Source of the DNA: Desulfobacteraceae bacterium
GTDB lineage: Bacteria; Desulfobacterota; Desulfobacteria; Desulfobacterales; UBA5616
DNA: 34,196 nt
Assembly: GCA_030620375.1 (NCBI GenBank)
Contig: JAUXEW010000002.1
Coordinates: 1 to 34,196 of the forward strand
Reading direction: 5' to 3'
The position numbers were made by a program, and so were the translations under genes. The first letter of the stretch is position 1. Each line of letters opens with the position of its first letter. Of this stretch, positions 8,294-18,383 are shown one piece after another. The notes beneath the pieces were generated by a model. That model was given only the letters and a program-made list of their open reading frames with translations, was not told where the DNA came from and searched no databases.

Positions 8294-9862
8294 ATGAAAA
8301 TTAGTCGAGTTGCAGAAATGAGACAGCTGGATAAAACCGCCATTGAACAATTCGGTATCACGGATGAATTGTTAATGGAAAACGCAGGCCTGGCAACTGG
8401 CGCGGTCATATTAAATGAATTTGGCATTAATAATAAAAGATTTGTTGTTTTTTGCGGCATCGGCAATAACGGCGGAGACGGGTTCGTCATCGCCCGAAAG
8501 ATCCACTCAAACGGTGGATATCCGAAAGTCTTTATTTTAGGGGATCGGCAAAAATTTAAAGGGCCTGCCAAATTAAACCTTGACATCATTGCACGCCTGC
8601 CCATCGATATTCGTGAGATTGACTCGGTTGAATCCTTAAAATCAGACCTGTATCATTGCGATGCCGTAGTGGATGCCATGTTGGGTACGGGTCTAATTCG
8701 CAATATCGAAGGCTTTTATCATGATGTCATAGCGCTTATTAATTCAACCGATAAGACCGTATTTTCAGTGGACATTCCATCCGGGGTTCACGGAGATTCC
8801 GGAAAAATCATGGGAATCGCCGTGAAAGCGGATTATACCGTTACCTTCGGTCTCCCTAAAATTGGCAACATGCTCTATCCTGGATATGAACAGTGTGGGA
8901 AACTGTTTGTAACACACATATCCTTTCCCCCGTCCATGTATGAGGACATTAAGATAGAGCTTAATATGCATATCGACATCCCGCCAAGAAACCAATGCTT
9001 TCATAAAGGTGACTTCGGCAATCTCTTGTGCATCGCAGGGGCAGTCGGATATTATGGGGCGCCTTATTTTTCCGCGTTATCCTTTTTAAAAGCCGGAGGA
9101 GGATATAGCCGACTGGCATCCCCTTTGTCTATCACCCCGTTTATAGCCGGCAAAGGCAGTGAAATTGTATTTATTCCGCAAGAAGAAACAGATTCAGGGA
9201 GTATCAGTTTAAAAAACAAGGAATCGTTGATAGCACTTTCAGACAGGATGGATATGGTGATCTTAGGGCCCGGGCTGTCTTTGAATGAAGAAACTCAGGC
9301 ACTGGCCAGAGAATTGGCTCATGCCATCGACAAGCCGCTTTTGATCGACGGAGATGGGATTACAGCTCTTTGTAATGATCTGCAAATCATTAAACAGCGA
9401 TCCGCCCAGACTATTCTAACGCCGCATCTGGGTGAAATGTCCAGAATAACCCAGGTAGCCGTCAGCGAAATCGAGAAGAATAAAATCGGTCTGCTGCAGC
9501 AAACCGCCAAGAATTTAAATGCCTATATTGTCCTAAAAGGACCCCATTCATTAATCGGGTGTCCGGATGAAAAGATTTTTATCAACATGAGCGGGAATTG
9601 CGGAATGGCCTCGGCCGGATCCGGAGATGTCCTTGCCGGAACGATAGCCGCCATGTACACGCAGGGACTGACCATTAAAGATGCCATAAGAAAAGGCGTG
9701 TTTATACACGGACTTTCCGGAGATCTTGCCGCGATGGATAAAGGAGAAGACGGTATCACCGCTCAGGATATTTTAGACTATCTCCCTTTTAGCGTAAAGG
9801 CGGATCGAAGCGGTTTAAACAAAACCCTTCAAACTCGATACGTTGGTGCACATATTGTCTAG
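8294..9862 (+). CDS. nnr: Bifunctional NAD(P)H-hydrate repair enzyme (epimerase + ADP-dependent dehydratase, YjeF family)
   Basis: N-terminal YjeF_N region: MRQLDKTAIEQFGI..LMENAG...FCGIGNNGGDGFVIAR. The C-terminal carbohydrate-kinase-like domain has GPGLS, LTPHLGE and GSGDVLAG. Confidence 0.9.
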   Translation: MKISRVAEMRQLDKTAIEQFGITDELLMENAGLATGAVILNEFGINNKRFVVFCGIGNNGGDGFVIARKIHSNGGYPKVFILGDRQKFKGPAKLNLDIIARLPIDIREIDSVESLKSDLYHCDAVVDAMLGTGLIRNIEGFYHDVIALINSTDKTVFSVDIPSGVHGDSGKIMGIAVKADYTVTFGLPKIGNMLYPGYEQCGKLFVTHISFPPSMYEDIKIELNMHIDIPPRNQCFHKGDFGNLLCIAGAVGYYGAPYFSALSFLKAGGGYSRLASPLSITPFIAGKGSEIVFIPQEETDSGSISLKNKESLIALSDRMDMVILGPGLSLNEETQALARELAHAIDKPLLIDGDGITALCNDLQIIKQRSAQTILTPHLGEMSRITQVAVSEIEKNKIGLLQQTAKNLNAYIVLKGPHSLIGCPDEKIFINMSGNCGMASAGSGDVLAGTIAAMYTQGLTIKDAIRKGVFIHGLSGDLAAMDKGEDGITAQDILDYLPFSVKADRSGLNKTLQTRYVGAHIV

Positions 9863-10050
9863 ACGTGGTTTGACGCTCCCTGCACCAAGCTGAAGGGTAT
9901 CTTCCTGTTTTTTAAGTTGGCTCTCTAACCCCGCTGTAAGCTAAGGGGAATACGTTCGCAATGGCGGTTCAAAACATCATCTAAAAACTCACAAGGCGCC
10001 CAACATGATGGGTAAAATTTTTAAATAATGGCCCCCAGGGACGCGATACC

Positions 10051-13000
10051 ATGAAAAATAAATTGAATGGCACGGATCAGAACCAGAATGTCTTGGGAAT
10101 ATGCCTTGGTGCATCTACCATATCCATGGTCCATCTTAACATAAACGGAAAGAATCAAAACAATCCGAAGGACCAGCCGCATGTCGTAAAAAACTGGAGT
10201 TATTCTCACGAGGGAAATCCAAAAAAAACGCTAATCAATGCGTTAAATCAACTAGACCTAAATTCTTTTAACAAGATTGTAGCCACCGGCCGAAGATTCC
10301 GTCATTTTGTTAACTTTACTTCCATTCCGGAACCTGAAGCCGTCGAATACGCTTACCGATTCGTCAAGCCGCCTGATGTTTCATGCCCGGCTATTGTTTC
10401 TGCAGGAGGTGAAACGTTTATGGTTTATGTCCTAAATCGGCAGGGCAGAATTTCGAATGTCATAACCGGAAACAAGTGCGCATCCGGTACCGGTGAATTT
10501 TTTCTTCAGCAGCTAAAAAGGATGAATGTTTCTCTTAAAGAAGCCGCTCAATGGGCTGTTGATGAATCCCCCTATCATGTCTCCGGTCGATGCAGTGTTT
10601 TCTGCAAGTCCGATTGTACGCACGCTACAAACATAGGTATACCCAGGGCAAGGGTTACCGCCGGCCTGTGCCGGATGATGGCGAACAAAATTCTTGAACT
10701 TTTAAAAAAGATTCAACATAAAAATGTCATGGTCACGGGCGGGACGACCTTAAACCAAATGATGATAGAGACCTTAAAACGGAAGATTCCCGGGCTCATT
10801 ATCCCCAAAGAATCTCCTTATTTTGAGGCGTTGGGAGCCGCTTTATGGGGGGCTGAACATGACACCACAGACCATAATGAGGCGTCATCATTGTTTAATT
10901 CCGATGCCGGTTCGTTTGATACGCTTTCCCCCCTGATGGATTATCAGGAAATGGTGGAATTTAAAACCATCGAAAAAGGAACCATAACGCCTCACGATGT
11001 ATGCACCTTGGGTCTGGACGTCGGGTCCACCACTACAAAGGCGATTTTGCTGAGAAATAGCGATAATGCCATATTGGCATCTGTTTATCTTAGGACAAAT
11101 GGGGATCCCGTGGGCGCTTCGCGTCAATGCTACGGAGCGTTACTGGACCAGATTCAAAAACAGGTAGACCCGGGCGACATCCATATCGTCGGGTTAGGGG
11201 TGTGTGGGTCCGGCCGGCAAATTGCCGGATTACATGCGCTAACGAATGGCGTTATCAATGAGATCATCGCCCATGCGGCCGCAGCCGTATATTTTGACCC
11301 TAAAGTGGATACGATTCTTGAAATCGGAGGTCAGGACGCTAAATACACCTATATCGTCAACAGCGTGCCCGCGGATTATGCCATGAATGAGGCCTGTTCC
11401 GCCGGAACCGGTTCTTTTTTGGAAGAATCAGCGCTGGAGACCCTGGGCGTTAAAATGGAAGATATTGCCGCTATTGCCCTTACCGGTAAAAACCCGCCGA
11501 ATTTCAATGATCAGTGTGCGGCCTTTATCGCTTCAGACATCAAAAATGCCATTCATGAGGGGATCCGGCATGAAGATATAGTTGCCGGCCTGGTCTATTC
11601 CATCTGTATGAATTACTCAAACCGTGTCAAGGGCAACCGGTCAGTGGGAGAAAAGCTCTTCATGCAGGGCGGGGTTTGTTATAACCGCGCGATTCCCATG
11701 GCTATGGCAGCGTTAATCGGCAAGCCGATCATCGTTCCGCCGGAGCCCGGGTTGATGGGTGCCTTCGGCGTTGCACTGGAAGTAAAGAAAAGAGTCGAAC
11801 TCGGTTTGATGGGGGAAAAATTTTTTGACTTAAATGAATTGCTCAACCGAGAGGTAAGGTACAGAAAATCTTTTATATGCAAGGGAGGCAAAGAAAAATG
11901 TGACCGCCGCTGCGAAATTGCCATGATAGAAATTAAGGGGAAAAAATACCCATTCGGCGGTGCTTGTAACCGGTATTATAACCTAAGACAAAATATTAAG
12001 TTTGATGTCGAAAACCTCGACCTGGTCCGGATACGGCAACACTTGATATTTAAAAAATATGGGGCCGAGTTTTCAGAAAAAGCAAACCAGAAAAAACGTG
12101 GCAGAATTGGGGTAAATAGAAGCTTTATGGTAAATACGTATTATCCCCTTTATTCCCATTTTTTTGCCGAATTAGGCTTTGAACTCGTTATACCGAACCA
12201 TCCGTCTCAAAAAGGTATTGACCAAAGATCTTCAGCCTTTTGCTACCCCGGTGAACTGGCCCATGGATTCTTTTATAACCTTCTTCAAAGCAAAGAACCT
12301 TTGGATTATATCTTTTTACCTTATTTTAAAGCCGTTCCCACGCTAATCCAAAATTTCAGTTCACAGGTTTGCCCGTTTATTCAAGGCGAAACCTTTTATC
12401 TTCGAACTACTTTTAAAAAAGAAATCGAGGCGCTTGAGCAAAGAGGAACAAAATTATTCACACCCCTGCTGGATCTGACCCAAGGCGATCATACCGCAAG
12501 AAAACCTCTGGTTGACATGGCCATTCAGATGGGCGCAAGTTCTTTAGACGCTCATGCAGCGTTTGAAAAGGCTCTGGAAAAGCAAAACCAATGCATGGTC
12601 GAAATGAAAACCATTGGCAAAAAAGCGCTTTTTTCACTTACAGCACATCCGGATAAAGTGGCCGTTGTTTTGTTTGGCCGCTCATACAGCGGATTTGTGG
12701 AAGAAGCCCATAAGGGTATCCCGCATAAGCTGGCCTCAAGAGGCATTTTGGTTATGCCGTATGATTTTCTAGACTTTGAAGCAGAAGAATCCAAACGCCA
12801 CATGTACTGGGGCATAGGCCAGCGATTAATAAAGGCCGCCCGGCTGGTCAAAAACCATCCTCAGTTGTTCGGCACTTATATTACTAATTTTTCCTGTGGA
12901 CCGGATTCTTTCCTCGTTGGCTATTTCCGGGATATTATGGGCCAAAAACCCTCGTTAACCCTTGAGTTGGACAGTCATACGGCAGACGCCGGATTGGAAA

Positions 13001-14436
13001 CCCGCATCGAAGCATTTCTCGATATCGTTAATGCTTACCGGAAAATTGTGAGTCAAAAAAAGGTTGTTACAAAGACGGTCCGCTATTCGCCGGCCAAAAT
13101 GTTTATGGACAACGGCATCCCGAAAATAAAAACATCCTCCGGCAAAATATTGCCTGTCAATGATCCCCGTATAACGATACTCCTTCCCTCCATGGGTTGT
13201 GCCAGCACGGAATCATTGACAGCGGCACTTCGCGGTACAGGATATCACGCCATTGCTCACCCTCCGGCTGACGAAGCCATTCTTAAACTGGGGAGAGCCA
13301 ATACCTCCTGTAAAGAATGTCTACCCTTAATTTTAACGACCGGTATTCTTTTAAATTATATTCAAAACAAAAGAAAAGACGATGAAATACTGCTATACTT
13401 TTTACCGACGACTTCCGGGCCCTGTCGTTTCGGCCAGTATGCCATCTTTATGGAAGATTTAATTAATCGTTTCAAAATTCCGGATGTCGCCTTTTTTTCA
13501 CTGACATCTGAAAACACCTATGCGGGATTGGGGAGCAAATTTGAAAGAAAGGCCTGGTGGGCGGTTATTTTATCCGATGTAATGGAAGATATACGGTCTA
13601 TGCTGCTGGCCAATGCAAAAGATCCGGAAATGGCTATGGACATATTTAATAAAGCCTGGCGTCAGATCCTCACCGAACTAGAAATCGGGAATTTCTCCCG
13701 TCTCCGGCACCGGTTAAAAGAGACTTCCGGGCAACTCGGGTTGATTCCCTTACAGCGCCCTGTTGAAGAAGTTCCGGTCATTGCCTTGATCGGAGAAATA
13801 TTCGTTCGACGAGACGGCATATCTCGGCAGTATATAACGGAACGACTGGCCGAAAACGGTTTTGCAACCCGCTGTTCTCCAATCGCCGAATGGCTCTATT
13901 ATTTAGATTATCTCGCCGTAAGAGGGCTGGTCAATGATGAGATACCGTTGCTAAAAAAACTGGGTATCTTTATTAAGAACCGGTTCAAAATCGGATACGA
14001 ATCACGATTAAAATCCGTACTGTCCCGGTCACACCTTGTCCATGGTGAACCCGTCGATATCAGAACCATATTAAAAAATGGAACCAAGTATATTTCCATA
14101 AATCTGGGTGGAGAAGCCATCCTGACGGTGGGAAGCGCTCTGGCGGAAGTGGCCACCCATGCTTGCGGCGTTATCTCTATTGGACCCTTTGGATGTATGC
14201 CGACCCGTCTTTCCGAGGCGATTTTAAATGAAACCATGACCCGTGAAGTGAAGCTTTCAACCGATCCGCACAATAAAACCCTTGCGAAACTATTGGCCGG
14301 CATGGATGATTTGCCGTTTTTATCCATCGAAAGTGACGGTTCTCCCTTTCCGCAATTGATTAATGCCAAACTGGAAACCTTTTACCTCCGGGCGGAACGG
14401 CTGCATCGGCGGATGCTTCGGGCAAATAGACATTAA
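10051..14436 (+). CDS. Giant fusion of two BcrAD/BadFG-type activase ATPase domains plus HgdB/DUF2229-like C-terminal region
   Basis: Two actin-fold ATPase modules each carry the cluster-ligand cysteines: NKCASGTGEFF / SGRCSVFCKSD, and NEACSAGTGSFLEE / NDQCAAFIASD. About 800 aa of the kind fused to such activases follows, at 1461 aa total. Confidence 0.82.
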   Translation: MKNKLNGTDQNQNVLGICLGASTISMVHLNINGKNQNNPKDQPHVVKNWSYSHEGNPKKTLINALNQLDLNSFNKIVATGRRFRHFVNFTSIPEPEAVEYAYRFVKPPDVSCPAIVSAGGETFMVYVLNRQGRISNVITGNKCASGTGEFFLQQLKRMNVSLKEAAQWAVDESPYHVSGRCSVFCKSDCTHATNIGIPRARVTAGLCRMMANKILELLKKIQHKNVMVTGGTTLNQMMIETLKRKIPGLIIPKESPYFEALGAALWGAEHDTTDHNEASSLFNSDAGSFDTLSPLMDYQEMVEFKTIEKGTITPHDVCTLGLDVGSTTTKAILLRNSDNAILASVYLRTNGDPVGASRQCYGALLDQIQKQVDPGDIHIVGLGVCGSGRQIAGLHALTNGVINEIIAHAAAAVYFDPKVDTILEIGGQDAKYTYIVNSVPADYAMNEACSAGTGSFLEESALETLGVKMEDIAAIALTGKNPPNFNDQCAAFIASDIKNAIHEGIRHEDIVAGLVYSICMNYSNRVKGNRSVGEKLFMQGGVCYNRAIPMAMAALIGKPIIVPPEPGLMGAFGVALEVKKRVELGLMGEKFFDLNELLNREVRYRKSFICKGGKEKCDRRCEIAMIEIKGKKYPFGGACNRYYNLRQNIKFDVENLDLVRIRQHLIFKKYGAEFSEKANQKKRGRIGVNRSFMVNTYYPLYSHFFAELGFELVIPNHPSQKGIDQRSSAFCYPGELAHGFFYNLLQSKEPLDYIFLPYFKAVPTLIQNFSSQVCPFIQGETFYLRTTFKKEIEALEQRGTKLFTPLLDLTQGDHTARKPLVDMAIQMGASSLDAHAAFEKALEKQNQCMVEMKTIGKKALFSLTAHPDKVAVVLFGRSYSGFVEEAHKGIPHKLASRGILVMPYDFLDFEAEESKRHMYWGIGQRLIKAARLVKNHPQLFGTYITNFSCGPDSFLVGYFRDIMGQKPSLTLELDSHTADAGLETRIEAFLDIVNAYRKIVSQKKVVTKTVRYSPAKMFMDNGIPKIKTSSGKILPVNDPRITILLPSMGCASTESLTAALRGTGYHAIAHPPADEAILKLGRANTSCKECLPLILTTGILLNYIQNKRKDDEILLYFLPTTSGPCRFGQYAIFMEDLINRFKIPDVAFFSLTSENTYAGLGSKFERKAWWAVILSDVMEDIRSMLLANAKDPEMAMDIFNKAWRQILTELEIGNFSRLRHRLKETSGQLGLIPLQRPVEEVPVIALIGEIFVRRDGISRQYITERLAENGFATRCSPIAEWLYYLDYLAVRGLVNDEIPLLKKLGIFIKNRFKIGYESRLKSVLSRSHLVHGEPVDIRTILKNGTKYISINLGGEAILTVGSALAEVATHACGVISIGPFGCMPTRLSEAILNETMTREVKLSTDPHNKTLAKLLAGMDDLPFLSIESDGSPFPQLINAKLETFYLRAERLHRRMLRANRH

Positions 14437-14502
14437 ATTTTAGCACCCTAATATTACGGCAAGCATCTGTATTTGAGGGCTCGGGGAGTTTCAATATTCG
14501 CC

Positions 14503-15159
14503 ATGAAATATAAAGCCATAATTTTTGATTTGGACGGAACGCTGCTCGACACGCTCAATGATATCGGCAGCTCTGTAAACCGAGTTTTAGCCGGAAAAGG
14601 GTTTCACCCCCACCCGCCGGAAAAGTACCGCGATTTTATCGGGGATGGATCCAAAATGCTGGTTACCCGGGCAATTCCTAAAGCGCACCGAAATGAGAAC
14701 CTGATTAAAACCTGTCTTGAAGCATTTTTTAAAGATTACAATCAAAACTGGGATAATGTAACCCAGCTTTACGAAGGCATTCCGGAACTATTGGACGAAT
14801 TGACTCAACGCGGATTGAAATTGGCAGTTTTATCGAATAAGCGTCATGATTTGACTAAAAAATGTGTGGTTAAATTCTTTTCCAAATGGCATTTTGACGT
14901 GATGCTGGGCTTACGGGAATCTGTTCCCCGCAAACCTCACCCGGCGGGAGCTTTAGAAATCGCAACCCGATTATCTCTTCCCGCCAAAAAAATTATCTAT
15001 GCCGGAGATTCAGGCACGGATATGGAAACCGCCCTGGCTGCGGGTATGTTTCCGGTAGGCGTTTTATGGGGATTTCGTCCCGAAAAAGAGTTGAAAGCAG
15101 GTGGCGCAAGAGCCCTGGTCGATCATCCGTTGAGCTTGTTAAATCTCTTGGGCGCCTAA
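14503..15159 (+). CDS. HAD-IA hydrolase, phosphoglycolate-phosphatase-like
   Basis: Motif I is IIFDLDGTLLDT, motif II is VLSNK, and motifs III/IV are KPHP...YAGDSGTDMETA. I chose the ATG at 14503; the listed ORF starts at an upstream TTG at 14473. Confidence 0.8.
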   Translation: MKYKAIIFDLDGTLLDTLNDIGSSVNRVLAGKGFHPHPPEKYRDFIGDGSKMLVTRAIPKAHRNENLIKTCLEAFFKDYNQNWDNVTQLYEGIPELLDELTQRGLKLAVLSNKRHDLTKKCVVKFFSKWHFDVMLGLRESVPRKPHPAGALEIATRLSLPAKKIIYAGDSGTDMETALAAGMFPVGVLWGFRPEKELKAGGARALVDHPLSLLNLLGA

Positions 15160-15299
15160 AAGCAAGCCGTTACCGCTTCCCTGTTTTTAAAAAAAGACTG
15201 CTATATTTTTAATCATGTACGGTTTGTGATATATGTCTTTATATGCAATAAAAATTATTCGCCACATCACCCATCATCTGTAAATTGGGGAAATAAGCG

Positions 15300-17051
15300 A
15301 TGTTTGGTTGGACCGGAAAAGTATTGCGGATCGATCTTTCTTCCCGCCGGTATTACGCGGAATCACCGGATTCGGAAATTTATCAGAAATATATCGGTGG
15401 CAAGGGATTGGCCGGTTTTTACCTAAAGGATTTTGTTGCCCGCGAGTGGGATCATCCTGAAATGCCGCTAATTTTTTTTACCGGCCCGCTGGTCGCCACC
15501 CCTGCGCCGACTTCCGGCCGGATGACCGTCATGTCCCGTTCTCCGCTTACCGGCACCATCGGAGATGCGTCCGTTGGCGGCCGTTTCGGCAGCGAGCTTA
15601 AAAAGGCCGGTTGGGACGGGATAATTTTAACGGGGAAAAGTGATGCTTTAACCGGAATACAAATTACCGACGACCGGGTCGCCTTTTCTGATGCAATAGA
15701 TCTTAAAGGATATCCCCTTTCGCGATTCAATAAACAGCTTAAAAAAAAAGGCGCCTTTGCGGCAGTGGGACCGGCTGCTGAAAGTCGGGTGAAATTCGCC
15801 AACATTATGTTTGACGGACATTACGCCGCCGGCAGAAACGGACTCGGCCTTGTCTTTTCGGCAAAAAATCTAAAATACATCACCATTATGGGGACCGGCA
15901 CGCCTGCCATTTTTAACCGGGATGCTTTGAAAAAATCAAGGGAGGATATTCTCCGGCTTGCGGCCGCATCTCCGGTGCTAATGGGCGAACTGGGCATCAC
16001 TCATTTTGGCACCGCTGCCATTTACGATTTAACCGGCAGCCGCCGGATGATGCCCACCGAGAACTTTAAGCACACTTATTTTGAAGCGGCCAAACGATGC
16101 AATGCCCACGCCTACCACCTGCGCTATCACCCTAAAAAAAGCGGGTGCACCGGCTGCCATATTCTTTGTAAAAAAATCGGCCGAAACGGGGACGTCTTGC
16201 CGGAGTTCGAAACCATGAATCACTTCAGCGCCCTGTTGAATAACGATGATATCTCCACAGTTGTAGAGGCCAATCAAATCTGCAACGATATGGGAATGGA
16301 TACCATTTCAGCCGGTGCAACCCTTGCCTGCTATGCTGAATTAACGGGTAAAAACCTGTCAACAAAGCATATCGTATCACTGTTAATGGATATGGCGCTG
16401 GCTCGCGGAATTGGTAAAGCGCTCGGGCAGGGTTCGTTTGAATATGCAACGGCTTACGGCACACCCGAAGCTTCCATGACGGTAAAAAAACTGGAACTGC
16501 CGGCATACGATCCCAGAGGGGCATACGGCATGGCCTTAGGATATGCCGTTTCCACCCGCGGCGGGTGTCATCTGCGCGCATATCCCATCGGCAATGAAGT
16601 ATTAAGAAAACCGGTTCCCACAGATCGGTTTACCTTCAGCGGCAAAGCCCGTATCGTAAAGATCGCAGAGGATGTTAATGCGGTGGTGGACTCATTGACG
16701 GCATGTAAATTTATTTTTTTTGGCGCAACACTGGAAGAATATTCAAAAGCGTATGCTGCCGTTACCGGTATCGAGTCGTCCGGACAGGATCTGTTAAAAA
16801 TTGGGGAACGGATTTACTATAATGAGCGAATCATGAACAGCCGGAATGGATTTACAAAAGAAGATGACGATCTTCCGAAACGGTTTTTTGACGAATCCGG
16901 TTCAAGTGGCAATCAGATCAACATACCACCCATTATTCGTAAAGATTTTCTTCAGGCACGTGAAAACTATTATACCATACGGGGATTGGACCAAAACGGC
17001 GCCCCGACCCCCCAAAAAACAGAAGAACTGGGGCTTTCATGGAACGGTTAA
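15300..17051 (+). CDS. aor: Aldehyde:ferredoxin oxidoreductase (tungstopterin AOR family)
   Basis: Typical N-terminus MFGWTGKVLRIDLS...YIGGKGLAG. The [4Fe-4S] motif is C-T-G-C-H-I-L-C plus a distal RGGCHLRAY. Length is 583 aa. Confidence 0.9.
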   Translation: MFGWTGKVLRIDLSSRRYYAESPDSEIYQKYIGGKGLAGFYLKDFVAREWDHPEMPLIFFTGPLVATPAPTSGRMTVMSRSPLTGTIGDASVGGRFGSELKKAGWDGIILTGKSDALTGIQITDDRVAFSDAIDLKGYPLSRFNKQLKKKGAFAAVGPAAESRVKFANIMFDGHYAAGRNGLGLVFSAKNLKYITIMGTGTPAIFNRDALKKSREDILRLAAASPVLMGELGITHFGTAAIYDLTGSRRMMPTENFKHTYFEAAKRCNAHAYHLRYHPKKSGCTGCHILCKKIGRNGDVLPEFETMNHFSALLNNDDISTVVEANQICNDMGMDTISAGATLACYAELTGKNLSTKHIVSLLMDMALARGIGKALGQGSFEYATAYGTPEASMTVKKLELPAYDPRGAYGMALGYAVSTRGGCHLRAYPIGNEVLRKPVPTDRFTFSGKARIVKIAEDVNAVVDSLTACKFIFFGATLEEYSKAYAAVTGIESSGQDLLKIGERIYYNERIMNSRNGFTKEDDDLPKRFFDESGSSGNQINIPPIIRKDFLQARENYYTIRGLDQNGAPTPQKTEELGLSWNG

Positions 17052-18202
17052 TATACCGATACGAAAAAAAAATGATCGAACAAAAACTGGTTTTACCCGG
17101 TGACCCGGTCCTGGCGGAACTGGATACTGAAATCGTATGGAACCGGCAGCATCCGTCAATACCGGTTCTGGAACCAATATTTTCCAAGCTGAATATCAAT
17201 TCACTCCTTTTTTCACCACCGGCTGAGCCTTACCGATCCATTATCGATCATCTTGCCGAATGCACCTCGGATGTCATTACCCTTAAAGACAATGAAACCC
17301 GAACTTTTCTGCATGATATTCCGGTTATTCATACGTTTTCACCCGGGCCTATTATCAATCGGCTGAAGCAAAGAAAATGCGTTGTTATCCCCGGCCATGG
17401 AATTGTAACTTGCGGCACCGTCAGCCCGGAGCAAACCTATGTTAATTTTTCATCTGTTCTGTTTTCCTGTTTTGTAAAATATTTTGCCGACTATTTAACC
17501 GACGCCATTCTTGGCAACCTAAGCCGCGAGCAAAGAGACACGTTCGATCGCGTCAATTCGTATCTAAAACCGTTTCCGGAAGTTGATGTCCATTTGAAAA
17601 AAGGACCGTTTTCTTCTGAAGATGCGGTTTACGGCGCGATCAGCGAAGCAGGAAAACCGATTGTCAATTACGGGTTTGTTGATTCGGTGATGGGAAATAT
17701 TTCCTATCGATATCAGAATACGCTTTATATCAGCCAAACCGGAAGCTTTTTAGACGAACTGGAGAGTTGTATCGATCCCTGCCCCATAGACAATTCATCC
17801 TGCACCGGCATTACGGCCTCATCCGAACTTCCCACGCATTTGGAGATCGTCAGGAATTCTGCTTATAGCGCCATTGTTCACGGCCACCCGAAATTCGCTG
17901 TTATTATGTCAATGATCTGCGAAAAAGAGCAGAATTGCGCCTTTAACGGCATGTGCCATGTCAAATGCCCGGAAAGCCGTTATGTCCGAAACATACCGAT
18001 CGTCACCGGTGAAAGCGGAACCGGTCCGCGGGCCATATGTAATACCGTGCCCCCGGCCGTGATCGATCACCAGGCGGCCATTGTTTACGGCCATGGGGTG
18101 TTTACGGCGGGAGAGGATGACTTTAACGATCCCTTTTACAGGTTATGTTCCATCGAAAAGATGTGCCGGGAAGAATACTTTAGCGGCATATCACACAGCT
18201 AA
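17039..18202 (+). CDS. Class II aldolase/adducin-fold protein with an extra N-terminal partial aldolase-like module
   Basis: The C-terminal half reads GNISYRYQNTLYISQTGS...SSELPTHLEI...AIVHGHP...IVYGHGVFTAGEDDFNDPF, and the N-terminal half reads VVIPGHGIVTCGTVSPEQTY. The start overlaps the AOR stop by 13 nt; an alternative ATG is at 17072. Confidence 0.6.
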   Translation: MERLIYRYEKKMIEQKLVLPGDPVLAELDTEIVWNRQHPSIPVLEPIFSKLNINSLLFSPPAEPYRSIIDHLAECTSDVITLKDNETRTFLHDIPVIHTFSPGPIINRLKQRKCVVIPGHGIVTCGTVSPEQTYVNFSSVLFSCFVKYFADYLTDAILGNLSREQRDTFDRVNSYLKPFPEVDVHLKKGPFSSEDAVYGAISEAGKPIVNYGFVDSVMGNISYRYQNTLYISQTGSFLDELESCIDPCPIDNSSCTGITASSELPTHLEIVRNSAYSAIVHGHPKFAVIMSMICEKEQNCAFNGMCHVKCPESRYVRNIPIVTGESGTGPRAICNTVPPAVIDHQAAIVYGHGVFTAGEDDFNDPFYRLCSIEKMCREEYFSGISHS

Positions 18203-18287
18203 AACCTTTGTTGTATCCCGCCCATACCTAGCATTAGATGAAAGAAAAAATCTTTTGGCGAGCGACATCGATATGTCATGGGGTAAA

Positions 18288-18320
18288 GAGTCCGACAAGA
18301 GCGAAACTCTTGTCGGACTC
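18288..18320. terminator. Perfect 14-bp stem / 5-nt loop hairpin between convergent genes
   Basis: GAGTCCGACAAGAG-cgaaa-CTCTTGTCGGACTC sits between the aldolase-like stop (18202) and the DUF1329-like stop (18384). The U-tracts are poor on both strands. Confidence 0.55.
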
Positions 18321-18383
18321 CTCATGAAAACTCGATAAGAGAGCCAATGGATTTTCTAAATGAGGATCAAATCGCCCTGCAAC

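Noticed and set aside
9863-10050. Possible ncRNA or repeat in the nnr-activase spacer (CCCC-gctgtaagctaa-GGGG and neighbours)
   Set aside because: It has only 4-bp stems, no similarity to the other repeats in the window, and no match to an RNA family I recognise.
12552-14369. Minus-strand ORFs 12552..12851 and 13908..14369 inside the giant activase gene
   Set aside because: They are antisense to a continuous 1461-aa ORF with recognisable domains throughout and have no start signals.
15226-15426. 66-aa plus-strand ORF overlapping the AOR start
   Set aside because: It is out of frame with AOR. The AOR N-terminus (MFGWTGKVLRIDL) is canonical, and the small ORF has no RBS.
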